Below, piece by piece: positions 16,595 to 26,637 of a stretch of DNA of 36,740 nucleotides (position 1 is its first letter; every line of letters begins with the position of its first letter). The translations under genes and the position numbers were made by a program. The stretch comes from an uncultured Candidatus Saccharibacteria bacterium (GTDB taxonomy: Bacteria > Patescibacteriota > Minisyncoccia > JAHISW01 > Tagabacteraceae), in the NCBI GenBank assembly GCA_964590835.1, contig CAZPYD010000001.1:1-36740 (forward strand), written 5' to 3'. The notes beneath the pieces are model-generated. The model was given only the letters and a program-made list of their open reading frames with translations, did not search any database and had not been told where the DNA came from.

Positions 16595-18169
16595 ATGAAT
16601 AAAAAACAAATATTTTTCTTTTTAATAATTATTCTTTTGATCGGTTCTTTTTTTAGATTATATCAATTAGAAACTACCCCTCCGGGACTTTATCACGACG
16701 AGGCCATGAATGGTAATAATGCCCTTGAGGCACTTGAAACCGGTGAATACAAATGGTTTTACACAGAAAACAACGGACGAGAAGGGTTGTATATCAATCT
16801 TGCAGCTCCGCTTTTGTCTATTTTTGGAAATGAGTCATGGGCGCTGCGCGGATTATCGGCAATATTTGGAATTTTAACAATTCTTGGTTTATTTTTACTC
16901 ACTAAAAAACTTTTTAATACCCGTATTGCCTTGTTCGCCTCTTTTTTCTTAGCAACAAGTTTTTGGCATATTTTATTTTCACGCATAGGATTTAGGGCAA
17001 TTATGGCTCCATTTTTCTTAACCTGGAGTTTTTATTTTTTATTTAACTGCCTGTCTGCCGGTAAAGTAGGTATTAAAAATAAAAAAACTTGGTACATAAT
17101 GGCTGTTTTAGCTGGTTTGTTATTTGGGCTTGGTTTTCATTCTTATATTGCTTATCGAATTGCGCCACTTTTGTTAATTGTTCCTTTTGTTTTGCTCTGG
17201 AAAGAAAAACAAAAGTGGGCTATTGCACTATTTTTGATTTCTACTTTTATTGCTGGTTTACCGCTTGGTTTATATTTCCTGGAAAACCCTCAAGACTTCT
17301 TTGGACGAACCTCTCAAATCTCTATTTTTTCTTCAGAAAATCCAATTCAAAATTTAATACTAAATATAGGCAAAACAATTGGCATGCTATTTTTTGTGGG
17401 AGATTTTAATTGGAGACACAATCTAGCTGGTGCCCCTACATTATGGTGGCCTGTGGCAATTTTATTTTTCTTCGGAATACTAATTAGTCTTAAAAAAATA
17501 ATTTCTAATATCAAAAGACCTACAAAAGTAGCCGGGTATTGGCTTTTGTTTATTTGGTTTGCTGTAATGATGTTACCTGTTGTTGTTTCCAGTGAAGGGC
17601 TCCCACATGCTTTGCGTGCCATTATTTTAATTCCTCCAGTAATGATTTTTGCTGCAATTGGTTTAAACTGGAGCTTTTTAAAAATTAGAAAATGGGTAAA
17701 CATTAAAATTAAAAATCATCCAGAAAACAAAAAACAACTCACAAGAATTAGATTTGAATTTATTGCACTTTTATTTGTTTTTTTATTTTTTATTACCACC
17801 TATTCTTTTAGTCAATATTTTATAAGGTGGGGTTTAAACATTAATACTTATGAAGCCTTCAATGGCAGGTATTGGAAAATTGGGAAATATCTTCAGAAAA
17901 TGCCCGATAATATTGAAAAATACGTCATAATAAATGCCGGGGGTGTTTTAGCAAATGGAATACCCATGCCAGCTCAAACTGTTATGTTTTCCGCGGCAAA
18001 TATAAAAGTTAATTATCTTTTACCAGAAGAAATTAGTTCTATAAATTGCCCGAGATCTTGTATCATAACTTCTTTGGAAACAGATAGATTTTTAAGAGAA
18101 AAAATCAAAAAACAAATACCTGGGTTAAAAATTACAATTAAGCCTGGCTTTGAGGCCTTAATAAAATAA
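16595..18169 (+). CDS. Glycosyltransferase family 39/ArnT-PMT-like
   Basis: R.Y.L...PPGL..DEA.NG, WHI.FSRIGFRAI, multi-TM. Confidence 0.9.
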   Translation: MNKKQIFFFLIIILLIGSFFRLYQLETTPPGLYHDEAMNGNNALEALETGEYKWFYTENNGREGLYINLAAPLLSIFGNESWALRGLSAIFGILTILGLFLLTKKLFNTRIALFASFFLATSFWHILFSRIGFRAIMAPFFLTWSFYFLFNCLSAGKVGIKNKKTWYIMAVLAGLLFGLGFHSYIAYRIAPLLLIVPFVLLWKEKQKWAIALFLISTFIAGLPLGLYFLENPQDFFGRTSQISIFSSENPIQNLILNIGKTIGMLFFVGDFNWRHNLAGAPTLWWPVAILFFFGILISLKKIISNIKRPTKVAGYWLLFIWFAVMMLPVVVSSEGLPHALRAIILIPPVMIFAAIGLNWSFLKIRKWVNIKIKNHPENKKQLTRIRFEFIALLFVFLFFITTYSFSQYFIRWGLNINTYEAFNGRYWKIGKYLQKMPDNIEKYVIINAGGVLANGIPMPAQTVMFSAANIKVNYLLPEEISSINCPRSCIITSLETDRFLREKIKKQIPGLKITIKPGFEALIK

Positions 18170-18178
18170 AATATCAAT

Positions 18179-20050
18179 ATGTATAACAAAGTTACAAAAA
18201 ATATTGTATGTTGCCTTCTTGGCTTAATGTTTATTTTACTTTTTACTTCTGCGTGGGGAGACTCTGCCACCATGGACGAACTGGCGCATATCCCCTCCGG
18301 CTATTCTTATTTAACAGAGCAAGATTATCGACTTAATCCAGAACACCCCCCTTTAATAAAAGATTTATCTGCCATACCCTTAATGTTTTTGGATTTGAAT
18401 TTTCCAACGGATTCTTATGCCTGGACAAACATGTTAAATGGACAATGGGATATGGGACGAATATTTTTGTATGAATCAGGCAACGATGCTGACCAAATTT
18501 TACGTTTTTCTCGCTTTCCAATAATTTTACTAACCATTCTTTTTGGTTGGATGTTTTTTAAGTGGACAAGCAGCCTTTATGGCAACAAGGTGGGACTCTT
18601 AGCTCTTTTCTTTTTTGTTTTTTCCCCCACTTTTCTTGCGCACTCTAAATATGTTACCACTGACTTAGGAGCTGCCTTCGGTTTCTTTATTGGTATTGCT
18701 TCCTTTGTTAACTTTTTACAAAAAGGATCGTATAAAAGTTTGTTTTTAGCAGGTTTTGCGCTTGGTATTGCTCAGTTGTTAAAATTTTCTTTAGCTATGC
18801 TTGCGCCACTATATATTATTTGGGGTCTTTTGTGGGTATTTTTAAGTAATTATGAAAACTTGGCTGGCTTGCACCGCTCAGCGGTGGGTAAATACATAAA
18901 AGAAAGTTTTGTAATGTTATTTAAAGTGGCACTAATTGGTGCTGTATGCATTGCCGTTATTTTCCCGGTTTATCTTTTTCATATTTGGAATTATCCAATA
19001 GAAAGGCAATTAGCAGACACCGTAGAAATATTAGAAGGTTTTAGATTTCAACCACTTGCTGATTTTGTTATCTGGCTATCTAATATGCCGATCTTGCGAG
19101 CTGTTGGACATTATCTGTTAGGAATTCTAATGGTTTTGTGGAGAGCTGCAGGTGGTAATACTGCTTATTTCTTGGGAGAATTAAACAACGTCGGCTGGTG
19201 GTATTACTTCCCTGTTTTATATTTGTTTAAGGAGCACCTAGCCTTTCATATTTTAACGGTCGCTGCCTTGTTATTTGGTGTTAAAAATATCCGCAAAAAC
19301 AGAGAGCCTGGTTTTGGAAAACAAATAAAAGCATCTTTTAACTGGATGAGAGAAAATATTGCTATCACAATAGGAATTACTTTTATAGCTATTTACTGGC
19401 TTCAAGCTGTCACTAGTCCATTAAACATTGGGGTAAGACATGTTATGCCTACTTTTCCATTTATTTATCTTTTTGTTTCTAGACAAATAATTCGATGGAT
19501 CAATAAATATTCCCCGGAAACACCTGTTGGATTTTTAGATTATGTAAAAGAATTTTACAAGCTATATATTAAGCCGATCAAAAAAGGTTTCTTGGTTTGT
19601 TTGCTGCTAATCTGGATGTTTTTGTCCGCTATTATTTCTTTTCCACACTACATTCCTTATTACAACGCGCTGGGAGGCGGCACAGAAAACGGCTACAAAA
19701 TGGCGGTAGATTCTAATTATGACTGGGGACAAGACCTAAAGAGACTCAAGACATGGACTGACGAGAACTTGGCTGTCGACGAAAAAATTGCCATAGATTA
19801 TTTTGGCGGCGGAGATCTTAAATATTATTTTAAAGACAAATACGAACCATGGTGGTCTGCCAAAGGCACTCTTGAAAAGAGAGAAGATGCACCAAAATGG
19901 TTTGCTGTTTCTATTTCATTTTTACAGTCAACCTATGGCGAGACCACAAAAGGCTTTACAGTAAAACCGGAAGATAAATATGACTGGATGAAAGGCCGAG
20001 AACCTGTTGCCCGTGCCGGCAAATCTATCTTTATATATAAATTTGACTAA
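18179..20050 (+). CDS. Glycosyltransferase family 39/PMT-like
   Basis: DSATMDE.AHI..GYSYL, NPEHPPLIK, TTDLG, LNIGVRH, DSNYDWGQDL. Confidence 0.9.
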   Translation: MYNKVTKNIVCCLLGLMFILLFTSAWGDSATMDELAHIPSGYSYLTEQDYRLNPEHPPLIKDLSAIPLMFLDLNFPTDSYAWTNMLNGQWDMGRIFLYESGNDADQILRFSRFPIILLTILFGWMFFKWTSSLYGNKVGLLALFFFVFSPTFLAHSKYVTTDLGAAFGFFIGIASFVNFLQKGSYKSLFLAGFALGIAQLLKFSLAMLAPLYIIWGLLWVFLSNYENLAGLHRSAVGKYIKESFVMLFKVALIGAVCIAVIFPVYLFHIWNYPIERQLADTVEILEGFRFQPLADFVIWLSNMPILRAVGHYLLGILMVLWRAAGGNTAYFLGELNNVGWWYYFPVLYLFKEHLAFHILTVAALLFGVKNIRKNREPGFGKQIKASFNWMRENIAITIGITFIAIYWLQAVTSPLNIGVRHVMPTFPFIYLFVSRQIIRWINKYSPETPVGFLDYVKEFYKLYIKPIKKGFLVCLLLIWMFLSAIISFPHYIPYYNALGGGTENGYKMAVDSNYDWGQDLKRLKTWTDENLAVDEKIAIDYFGGGDLKYYFKDKYEPWWSAKGTLEKREDAPKWFAVSISFLQSTYGETTKGFTVKPEDKYDWMKGREPVARAGKSIFIYKFD

Positions 20051-20148
20051 ATCAATAAAATAGTTTAATATACAAATTAAACTTAACTGTAATTTGAAAA
20101 CAAAACCCTAAATCAATTAAGGATTAATCAGCTAAAAGGAGACTGGAA

Positions 20149-20646
20149 ATGACTGAAGAAAAGGTTAATGATGTTTTTAAAATACTCATAAGCAAAGCAA
20201 AATGGCAGCAGGCCCATGAGAAATGGTGTGGAAAAAATGGGATTTTGGCCAGAGTAAAAAGACGCGAGGTTTTTATAAGTATAGGAGGAGAGAGAATATA
20301 TACTTTTCCTAGCTCTTCAGGTTCAGGAGAAAATTATCTTCCTGTAACTGAACCTTGTGGATACTGTATGGAATTTATTTGTCAAGAATGTCCTCTTTTT
20401 CAAAAAAATCTTTGTATTTCAGATGGTCGCTGGGGAAAACACGTTGCTTTTTGGAAATTCGTAAATATTATGATAAAGTTAACTGTTCGAACAAAAACAT
20501 TCGATTGGCAAAAAGCCGAAAATTACGCCAGCCAAATCGCCGACTTCATCACAGAACACGGCCGTCAACTGGAGTATCTAAAAAAACAAATTGTAAAAAA
20601 AGGTCCAGATGTTCGCCCAGAAATTTTAAAACATAAAAAATGTTAA
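20149..20646 (+). CDS. Hypothetical Cys-rich protein
   Basis: CGYC...C..CPL....C cluster; AAGGAG SD; promoter TTGACT-17-TAATAT at 20043-20071. Confidence 0.7.
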   Translation: MTEEKVNDVFKILISKAKWQQAHEKWCGKNGILARVKRREVFISIGGERIYTFPSSSGSGENYLPVTEPCGYCMEFICQECPLFQKNLCISDGRWGKHVAFWKFVNIMIKLTVRTKTFDWQKAENYASQIADFITEHGRQLEYLKKQIVKKGPDVRPEILKHKKC

Positions 20647-20656
20647 AACAAAAAAC

Positions 20657-20700
20657 AAAAGTGTATAGAGCTATGCGGTCGCATAAACCTATACACTTTT
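20657..20700. terminator. Bidirectional terminator
   Basis: AAAAGTGTATAG...TATGCG GT CGCATA...CTATACACTTTT. Confidence 0.75.
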
Positions 20701-20709
20701 TTATTTTGT

Positions 20710-21720
20710 CTATTTAATTAATTCTGGTTGGAAGGTTTTGTTTAGTCTTACTTTATCCTGTTTTACAGCGATTATTTGATCGCGTTCAAAATAGACCCTT
20801 AGCACCAGCCCCTCCATAGTCTCCTCTGAAAAGTTTTGATCAAAAATAAAGTTGCCTAAGCTATAGGCTATTATCCCTCTGTTATAGCTTTCTACTTCTT
20901 GGATCACATGAGGGTGATGCCCGGCAACCACCTTAGCGCCACTATCTATTGCCGCGCGCGCTAGCATTTTTTGCCTATCGTTTGAATTAGTTTTATATTC
21001 TTCACCAAAATGAATAGAAACTACTAAAATATCTACCTGTCTATCGGCTTCTTTTATAATGTCTTCAAAATCATCGCCTACTATCAAAATACCAGGCTTA
21101 TCTGTCTTTGCCTCAAACCACTTTGGCCCCACATCACTAAAACCCAAAAAGCCTATTTCAACTCCCTCTTTTTCTATAATTCTCACAGCGGAAGCATCTT
21201 TTTTACTCACTCCCCCACCCACAGGATAAACCTTTTCACTTTTTAATCTAAAAATATTTTCTTCAAAAGCCTGCCTACTCCAATCCCCAGCATGATTATT
21301 AGCTACAGACAACGCATCAAAACCAGCAGCCTTTATAGCATTTAAAGCATCTGGTTTAAACCTAAAAGAATACACACTTCCCGCATCCTGTCCGCTTATA
21401 GAAACAGGTCCTTCTAAATTACCAAAAGCAATATCTGCTTCCTTTATAAAATTAGTATTTTCAAAAAGCCTAGTAAAGTCTCCTTTATGATTTTTATAAA
21501 CAGAGTTTTCTACATTCCGACTAAGCATAATATCGCCCACAAAAGCCAGTTCAAGAACATCTGCACTAACAACTGAAGCCAAATTTAAATGATTCACTAC
21601 ATAAACAAAGGAGGATGAATTTGAAAACCTAGAAAAACTTTGAGCAAAATAAAAAGCTCCGGCCGAAAACGCAAAGCCCAACAATAAAGTTAAAATTGAC
21701 CAAAAAATATTCTTTCTCAT
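20710..21720 (-). CDS. CapA/PGA_cap family metallophosphatase
   Basis: FVGDIML, GNLEGP, SVANNHA.D, SIHFGEEY, GHHPHV, YSLGNFIFDQ. Confidence 0.93.
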   Translation of the reverse strand: MRKNIFWSILTLLLGFAFSAGAFYFAQSFSRFSNSSSFVYVVNHLNLASVVSADVLELAFVGDIMLSRNVENSVYKNHKGDFTRLFENTNFIKEADIAFGNLEGPVSISGQDAGSVYSFRFKPDALNAIKAAGFDALSVANNHAGDWSRQAFEENIFRLKSEKVYPVGGGVSKKDASAVRIIEKEGVEIGFLGFSDVGPKWFEAKTDKPGILIVGDDFEDIIKEADRQVDILVVSIHFGEEYKTNSNDRQKMLARAAIDSGAKVVAGHHPHVIQEVESYNRGIIAYSLGNFIFDQNFSEETMEGLVLRVYFERDQIIAVKQDKVRLNKTFQPELIK

Positions 21721-21728
21721 ATTTACAG

Positions 21729-22505
21729 TTATTTATAATAGACCTTATTACCAAATCGCAAATCTATATATTCAAATTCTTGTCCATCAAAATCTTTATA
21801 AAAAACATTAAAATTATTAACAGTCGTTTCCCAATTATCATCATTATCTACTATTATGTAAGACCCGCCCTCAAAATAAAACCTATAAACATTTTCTTTA
21901 TCCAAATAAACACTTTCAACAATAAAAAAATCATCCAACACTTTTTTAAAAACTAATAAATTTTGAAATTTTTCTTCAGGTAATAAAAACTGGCCCAAAC
22001 TTGGTCTTATAGATCTTTCATCAAATAATTTTATAAAAATGCCAGCTGAAAAAAGAGGGGCTTCACTATAAATAAAACCTGTCTTATCTACAAAAAGACA
22101 ATCCTTAAATTCATCTTTGCACAAAATAGCAACCGGCTTTCTTTCTTTTGCTTGTATAAAAATATCCGTAGATTCTTTTATTACTAAGATTTCTTTTAAA
22201 TTTAAAAACTTTTCAATTAATTGTGTTTGGGTATTTTGAGTTGGAAAAGAAAAAATTCTATCCTGAGGAATTACCCAAAATTTTTTAGCCGACATTATAC
22301 CGGCAACTTCTGCTAATAATAAGTTTTTTTGGTGCTCAGGAACACCACGAACTTCTATGGAGCTTATTTTAAACTCTTCAAAATTAAAAAGACCAAACAA
22401 GCCGGCGCTAAACATCATAAGCAAAACAAAAAACACTAAAGCAAACTTTATATAAAGCCTTTTTCTTCTTCGCTTTTTTACTAACTGTAGAGCATTTTTT
22501 GACAT
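21729..22505 (-). CDS. FtsQ/DivIB-like cell division protein
   Basis: Basic N-terminus, one TM, POTRA-like segment, C-terminal YIDLRFGNKVYYK. Confidence 0.75.
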   Translation of the reverse strand: MSKNALQLVKKRRRKRLYIKFALVFFVLLMMFSAGLFGLFNFEEFKISSIEVRGVPEHQKNLLLAEVAGIMSAKKFWVIPQDRIFSFPTQNTQTQLIEKFLNLKEILVIKESTDIFIQAKERKPVAILCKDEFKDCLFVDKTGFIYSEAPLFSAGIFIKLFDERSIRPSLGQFLLPEEKFQNLLVFKKVLDDFFIVESVYLDKENVYRFYFEGGSYIIVDNDDNWETTVNNFNVFYKDFDGQEFEYIDLRFGNKVYYK

Positions 22506-22525
22506 AGATTTAAATTTTCTTCCGC

Positions 22526-22566
22526 AAGCAAAACCTCAATTCCAACTATTTTATGAGGTTTTGCTT
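22526..22566 (-). terminator. Hairpin downstream of serS
   Basis: AAGCAAAACCTCA...TGAGGTTTTGCTT 13-bp stem. Confidence 0.55.
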
Positions 22567-22584
22567 ACAAAAGAACAAATTCCA

Positions 22585-22823
22585 AACCCAATCCGCCATA
22601 ACTCCATTTTCGAACTCTGCGGAAAGGATTAGAACCTGCCTGCCGGCAGGCAGGAATTAAAGAGTGTAGTAGAAAAACTCATCCTGTTTAAGCTTTTCTA
22701 GCTACTTTAAAAAATATGATAAAAGACAGGAAGGTGAGATATGGGTTTTTCGTTAAGCGGAACGACTATAATTTTCAATTCTTGGATGCAATGAGAGAAA
22801 AGGGAGTTATAGCGGTTTGGGTT
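22585..22823. repeat. ~220-bp foldback element, copy 2, with 20-bp insertion
   Basis: Colinear with 197-417; terminal IR AACCCAATCCGCCATAACTCC / GGAGTTATAGCGGTTTGGGTT. Confidence 0.9.
22635..22654. repeat. Perfect 20-bp palindrome inserted in copy 2
   Basis: CCTGCCTGCCGGCAGGCAGG, absent at the equivalent site of copy 1. Confidence 0.9.
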
Positions 22824-22831
22824 AGAAGGTT

Positions 22832-24109
22832 TTAACCTTGAATCTTTTTTGAGATCACCTCTTTACCAATATATTTTTGAAGAACTTCTGGCACTTCTAT
22901 AGAACCATCTGCTTTTTGATAGTTTTCTATAAAAGAGATTAAAATGCGAGGTGTGGCAATAACAGTATTATTTAAAGAGTGCACAAAATAGATTTTACCT
23001 TCTTTCGTTTTATAACGAGTATTAAGCCTTCTTGTTTGAAAATCATGAAAGTAAGAAGCTGAATGAGTTTCACCATATTTTTCTTTAGAAGGTATCCAGG
23101 CCTCTATGTCATATTTTTTGACTTGTCCTTGTCCTAAATCACCCCCACAATTAACTACAACCCTAAATGGGATACCTAGTTTTCTCATTATCTTTTCAGA
23201 ATTGTTTGTAATTTCTTCATGCCATTTTACAGATTCCATGTGATCGGCTTTACATAATACGATTTGCTCCACCTTCATAAACTCATGAAGTCTGTATAAG
23301 CCTTTTGTATCTTTTCCGTGACTTCCAGCTTCCCTTCTAAAACAAGGAGAAATAGGAACATATTTTTTAGGCAATTCATCTTCAGATAACATCTCATCAG
23401 AATGATAACCCATCATGGGGACTTCGGCTGTACCCGCTAAATAAAGATCGTCTTGGGTGTGATAAACCTCGTCCTTGCCCTGTGGCAGCCATCCTGTACC
23501 ACGAAAACTATCTTCTCTTGTCATAGAAGGAGCAAGAAAAGGAGTAAACCCAGCCTTCACCATTTCCTCAAAGCAAAACTGCCAAATAGCAAATGTAAGA
23601 AGAGCGCCTTCGTTTTTAAGAAAATAACCACGAAATCCAGACACTTTTGTTCCTCTTTCAAAATCAGCCAAATCCAAATCTTTCATTAGTTCAATATGAC
23701 CCTTTGGCTCAAAATCAAACTCTGGCAATTCTCCCCATTTTCTTATTTCCTGATTATCTAAATCAGATTCACCTTCTGGTACAGAATGATCTGGAATATT
23801 TGGAACTTCTAACATCAAGGCCTCCCACTTTTTCTGAGCTTCTTTTAGCTCCAACTCTTTTTTAGAAAGACCGTCTTTTAGCTGTTTCATTTCATTAATC
23901 ATCTCTTGCCTTTCTTCATTATCTTCCATTTTAGAAATACGTTCAGTTTGTACATTCTGCTCTGCGCGCAAAGTTTCCACCTCGCCGATTAACTTGCGTC
24001 GAATATCATCAATATCTAAAAGATTATCCACATTAAATTTAATGTGTTTTTTGTGTGCCGCCTGCTTAATCAGCTCTTTATTTTCTCGTATAAAATTTAT
24101 ATCTAACAT
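22832..24109 (-). CDS. serS: Serine--tRNA ligase
   Basis: MLDI.FIREN, coiled arm, YLAGTAEVP, CFRREAG, RLHEF.KVEQ, KYDIEAW, HSLNNT..ATPR. Confidence 0.98.
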   Translation of the reverse strand: MLDINFIRENKELIKQAAHKKHIKFNVDNLLDIDDIRRKLIGEVETLRAEQNVQTERISKMEDNEERQEMINEMKQLKDGLSKKELELKEAQKKWEALMLEVPNIPDHSVPEGESDLDNQEIRKWGELPEFDFEPKGHIELMKDLDLADFERGTKVSGFRGYFLKNEGALLTFAIWQFCFEEMVKAGFTPFLAPSMTREDSFRGTGWLPQGKDEVYHTQDDLYLAGTAEVPMMGYHSDEMLSEDELPKKYVPISPCFRREAGSHGKDTKGLYRLHEFMKVEQIVLCKADHMESVKWHEEITNNSEKIMRKLGIPFRVVVNCGGDLGQGQVKKYDIEAWIPSKEKYGETHSASYFHDFQTRRLNTRYKTKEGKIYFVHSLNNTVIATPRILISFIENYQKADGSIEVPEVLQKYIGKEVISKKIQG

Positions 24110-24351
24110 CTTTAAATAATACCAAAATCCCCATTTTTTGCAAAACCCGGTAGTACAATTTCAAATTAAATACTACCGGGCAAAAGAGCAAAACAAAAAC
24201 CGCCCTGCACACGCAAGGCGGTTTGATATTTTACTATCTTCGAGTCATTACATCACCAGCCTAAGGCTGATGGCACCACTCACAAAAAGACCAATCACAC
24301 AAAAAAATGGTTTTACGAGCAAAATCTCTTGCCATTTTATTATCTCCTCTT

Positions 24352-24522
24352 TCATATCTTAAGTTTTGTTATATCGACTTCTTTTGGAGAACCATCTGGA
24401 TTAAACCCAAGCTCCATTTGAGCTTCAAATGTATCGACATTAATAACTTTTTTGTGATATTTTATTTTTCTTCTTCTTTTCCTTCTTTTTTTTCTTCTTT
24501 TTAAAGACAAATAGAATCCCAT
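24352..24522 (-). CDS. Small basic hypothetical protein (56 aa, start ATG 24522)
   Basis: AAGGAG SD-like, promoter TTGACT-17-TATTTT at 24580-24608; poly-K/R N-terminus. Confidence 0.55.
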   Translation of the reverse strand: MGFYLSLKRRKKRRKRRRKIKYHKKVINVDTFEAQMELGFNPDGSPKEVDITKLKI

Positions 24523-24605
24523 TGTCCTTCTCCTTCCCGCCAAAGGCGGATAAATTTCAAGGTTAATATTTCTAAATAAAAAATAATACAAAAACTTATT
24601 CTAGT

Positions 24606-24632
24606 CAAACGCCTCACCTGGTGAGGTGTTTG
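24606..24632. repeat. REP-like hairpin of a different family next to the transposase
   Basis: CAAACGCCTCAC-CTG-GTGAGGTGTTTG. Confidence 0.7.
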
Positions 24633-24650
24633 GATTTTGGTGACGATATC

Positions 24651-24687
24651 AATTATTTACTCGAAGCGACGCTTCGAGTAAATAATT
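24651..24687. repeat. REP hairpin abutting the transposase stop codon
   Basis: AATTATTTACTCGAAGC-GAC-GCTTCGAGTAAATAATT, perfect 17-bp stem. Confidence 0.93.
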
Positions 24688-25386
24688 TTAAATAAGTAGG
24701 TTTATTTTTCCCCTATCTACCTCCGACCAATTTTTTAAAAAAAACTCATAATCTTTTCCATTTTTAAATTGATCGGTAATTATTTTTATTCCCGATAGTA
24801 TCCAATCATCATAATCACTATATAAAAAACTTTTCAAGCTAGACCATGGGTATTTTAACAACTCCCTCTTTTTTTGATTCCAGTTTTTTAAATTTCCGGT
24901 TCTCCAGTCTTTGCTATCAAGAAAATCTAAAGGATTTAAATGAATATACAAAGAAAGATGAAGTAAATACTGATTTGAATCGATATGTTTTGCTTTAAAA
25001 GGCCCATCAAATAGCGGACCTTTTCTACCTTTTTTTATATTTACGTATTTGGAAATCGAAGTATTGCATTTTTGCAAAAACTCAGAAATACCTCCTTCTC
25101 TTAATTCTTTTAATAAAAGGTGGTAATGGTCGGGCATAATCGCATAAGCAATTACATCAACAAGCTTATCTCCATTCCATGCAATTTCTGCGCTTCTTGC
25201 AAGAGTAGCTTTGTTATAAACCCTTAAATAATCAAAGGCTTTTGTAGATTCTGTTGAATTTGCCAATAGGAAACAATTTGCAAGTTTTTGTGCATTTTCA
25301 AAGTCATCAAATTCTGGGAGGCTTAAGATAATCCTACTATAAACATGATAATATTCTCCTGGGAAAAACGTTTCTTTTCTTTGCAT
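24688..25386 (-). mobile_element. REP-associated tyrosine transposase (RAYT, Y1 HUH family)
   Basis: YYHVYSR, HUH motif AYAIMPDHYHLLL, G.LF.GPFKAK, catalytic YIHLNP, YPWSS; identical REPs on both sides. Confidence 0.92.
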
Positions 25387-25395
25387 AATATATTT

Positions 25396-25426
25396 ATTTT
25401 ACTCGAAGCGACGCTTCGAGTAAAAT
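25396..25426. repeat. REP hairpin just upstream of the transposase start
   Basis: ATTTTACTCGAAGC-GAC-GCTTCGAGTAAAAT; 27-bp core identical to 24651-24687, same orientation. Confidence 0.93.
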
Positions 25427-25431
25427 CGTTT

Positions 25432-25460
25432 TTGACAGCACGGGGACAACAAATTAAAAT
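25432..25460 (+). promoter_or_regulatory. sigma70 promoter of dprA (leaderless geometry)
   Basis: TTGACA-17 nt-TAAAAT, 7 nt before ATG 25468. Confidence 0.8.
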
Positions 25461-25467
25461 ATACTTA

Positions 25468-26523
25468 ATGAAGGATGAAGAAAAAATTTTTGCCAATGCT
25501 TTAAATCAAGCTCCTCAATTGGGACCTGTTAGCTTGGGTAATCTCAAAAAATATTTTGGCAGCTTTAAGAAAGCCTGGTCTGCCTCTTTTGATAAGCTGC
25601 AAAAAGTTAGCGGCGCGAGAGACCTTTTTGAATTTAGACAAAACATAGATCCTGAAAAAAAAATTGAAAAACTTCAAAAAGAAAATATAAAAATATTATT
25701 AAAAGAAGAGTTGCCTTATTTTTTACAAGAGATTTATACCCCGCCAGAAATTTTATATGTAAAAGGTGAATTACCAAATGAAAATTTGAATCATCTAGCA
25801 GTGGTTGGTCCACGAAAATTCTCTACTTATGGCAAAGAGGCTTGCCAAAAAATAATAAATGGGTTAAAAGAACATAATGTGGTAATAGTAAGTGGCTTGG
25901 CTGCAGGTATAGATACCATCGCCCATATTGCCGCACTTGAAAATAACTTACAAACAATTGCTGTTTTGGGACACGGTCTAGATCCCCGAGTTTTATTCCC
26001 GCAAGACAACATGCAGCTTGCTGACAAAATAACAAAAAACGGATGTGTAATTTCTGAATATAGTTATTCTACAAGGGCTACAAAGTTTACTTTTCCGCAA
26101 AGAAACAGAATAGCCGCAGGTCTGTCGCAAGGCACTTTGGTAATAGAAGCGCCAGAAAGAAGCGGATCTTTAATTACCGCCACCATGGCTCTTGAAAGCA
26201 ATCGTGAAGTATTTGCAGTTCCGAATAATATTTTTTCAAAAAATTCCGAAGGAACAAATAAATTATTAAAAGAAGGGGCTGTGCCTGTGACAGAACCAGA
26301 AGACATTCTTAAAACTTTTGGAATAGATATTGAATCCAAACCCCAAAATATTGTTTTAAGTGAAACAGAGCAAAAAATAATTTCTTTTCTTGATGAGCCA
26401 ATAGAAAGAGACGAGCTGATAAGAAAATCCGGCATGCAGCCTCAAGAAATTAATCCACAATTAATACAAATGCAAATAAAAGGTATTATAAAGGAGATAG
26501 ATGGTAAAATTTATCAAGTTTAA
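25468..26523 (+). CDS. dprA: DNA-processing protein DprA (start corrected to 25468)
   Basis: LAVVGPRK.STYG, IVSGLAAGIDTIAH, FPQRNRIAAGLS, EAPERSGSLITA, REVFAVP, C-terminal winged helix. Confidence 0.96.
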   Translation: MKDEEKIFANALNQAPQLGPVSLGNLKKYFGSFKKAWSASFDKLQKVSGARDLFEFRQNIDPEKKIEKLQKENIKILLKEELPYFLQEIYTPPEILYVKGELPNENLNHLAVVGPRKFSTYGKEACQKIINGLKEHNVVIVSGLAAGIDTIAHIAALENNLQTIAVLGHGLDPRVLFPQDNMQLADKITKNGCVISEYSYSTRATKFTFPQRNRIAAGLSQGTLVIEAPERSGSLITATMALESNREVFAVPNNIFSKNSEGTNKLLKEGAVPVTEPEDILKTFGIDIESKPQNIVLSETEQKIISFLDEPIERDELIRKSGMQPQEINPQLIQMQIKGIIKEIDGKIYQV

Positions 26524-26532
26524 TGAAAACAA

Positions 26533-26624
26533 TGCGATACCAATATACGAATGCATGCTAATAATACTAATACTTAAATTCGTATCTATTAGTATCATTA
26601 GTAAAATTAGTATATTAGTATCGA
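26533..26624. repeat. ATACTAAT-unit foldback repeat, copy A (upstream of topA)
   Basis: ATACNAAT units then ATTNGTAT units; reverse-complement match to 30026-30151. Confidence 0.8.
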
Positions 26625-26637
26625 GTAATTAGTTAAT

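Noticed and set aside
24688-25386. IS200/IS605 element with tnpB
   Set aside because: No tnpB; length (232 aa), NP and WSS motifs and identical flanking REPs fit RAYT better
25345-25467. N-terminal extension of dprA in the ORF track
   Set aside because: It overlaps the transposase start, the REP and a consensus promoter; true start is most likely 25468
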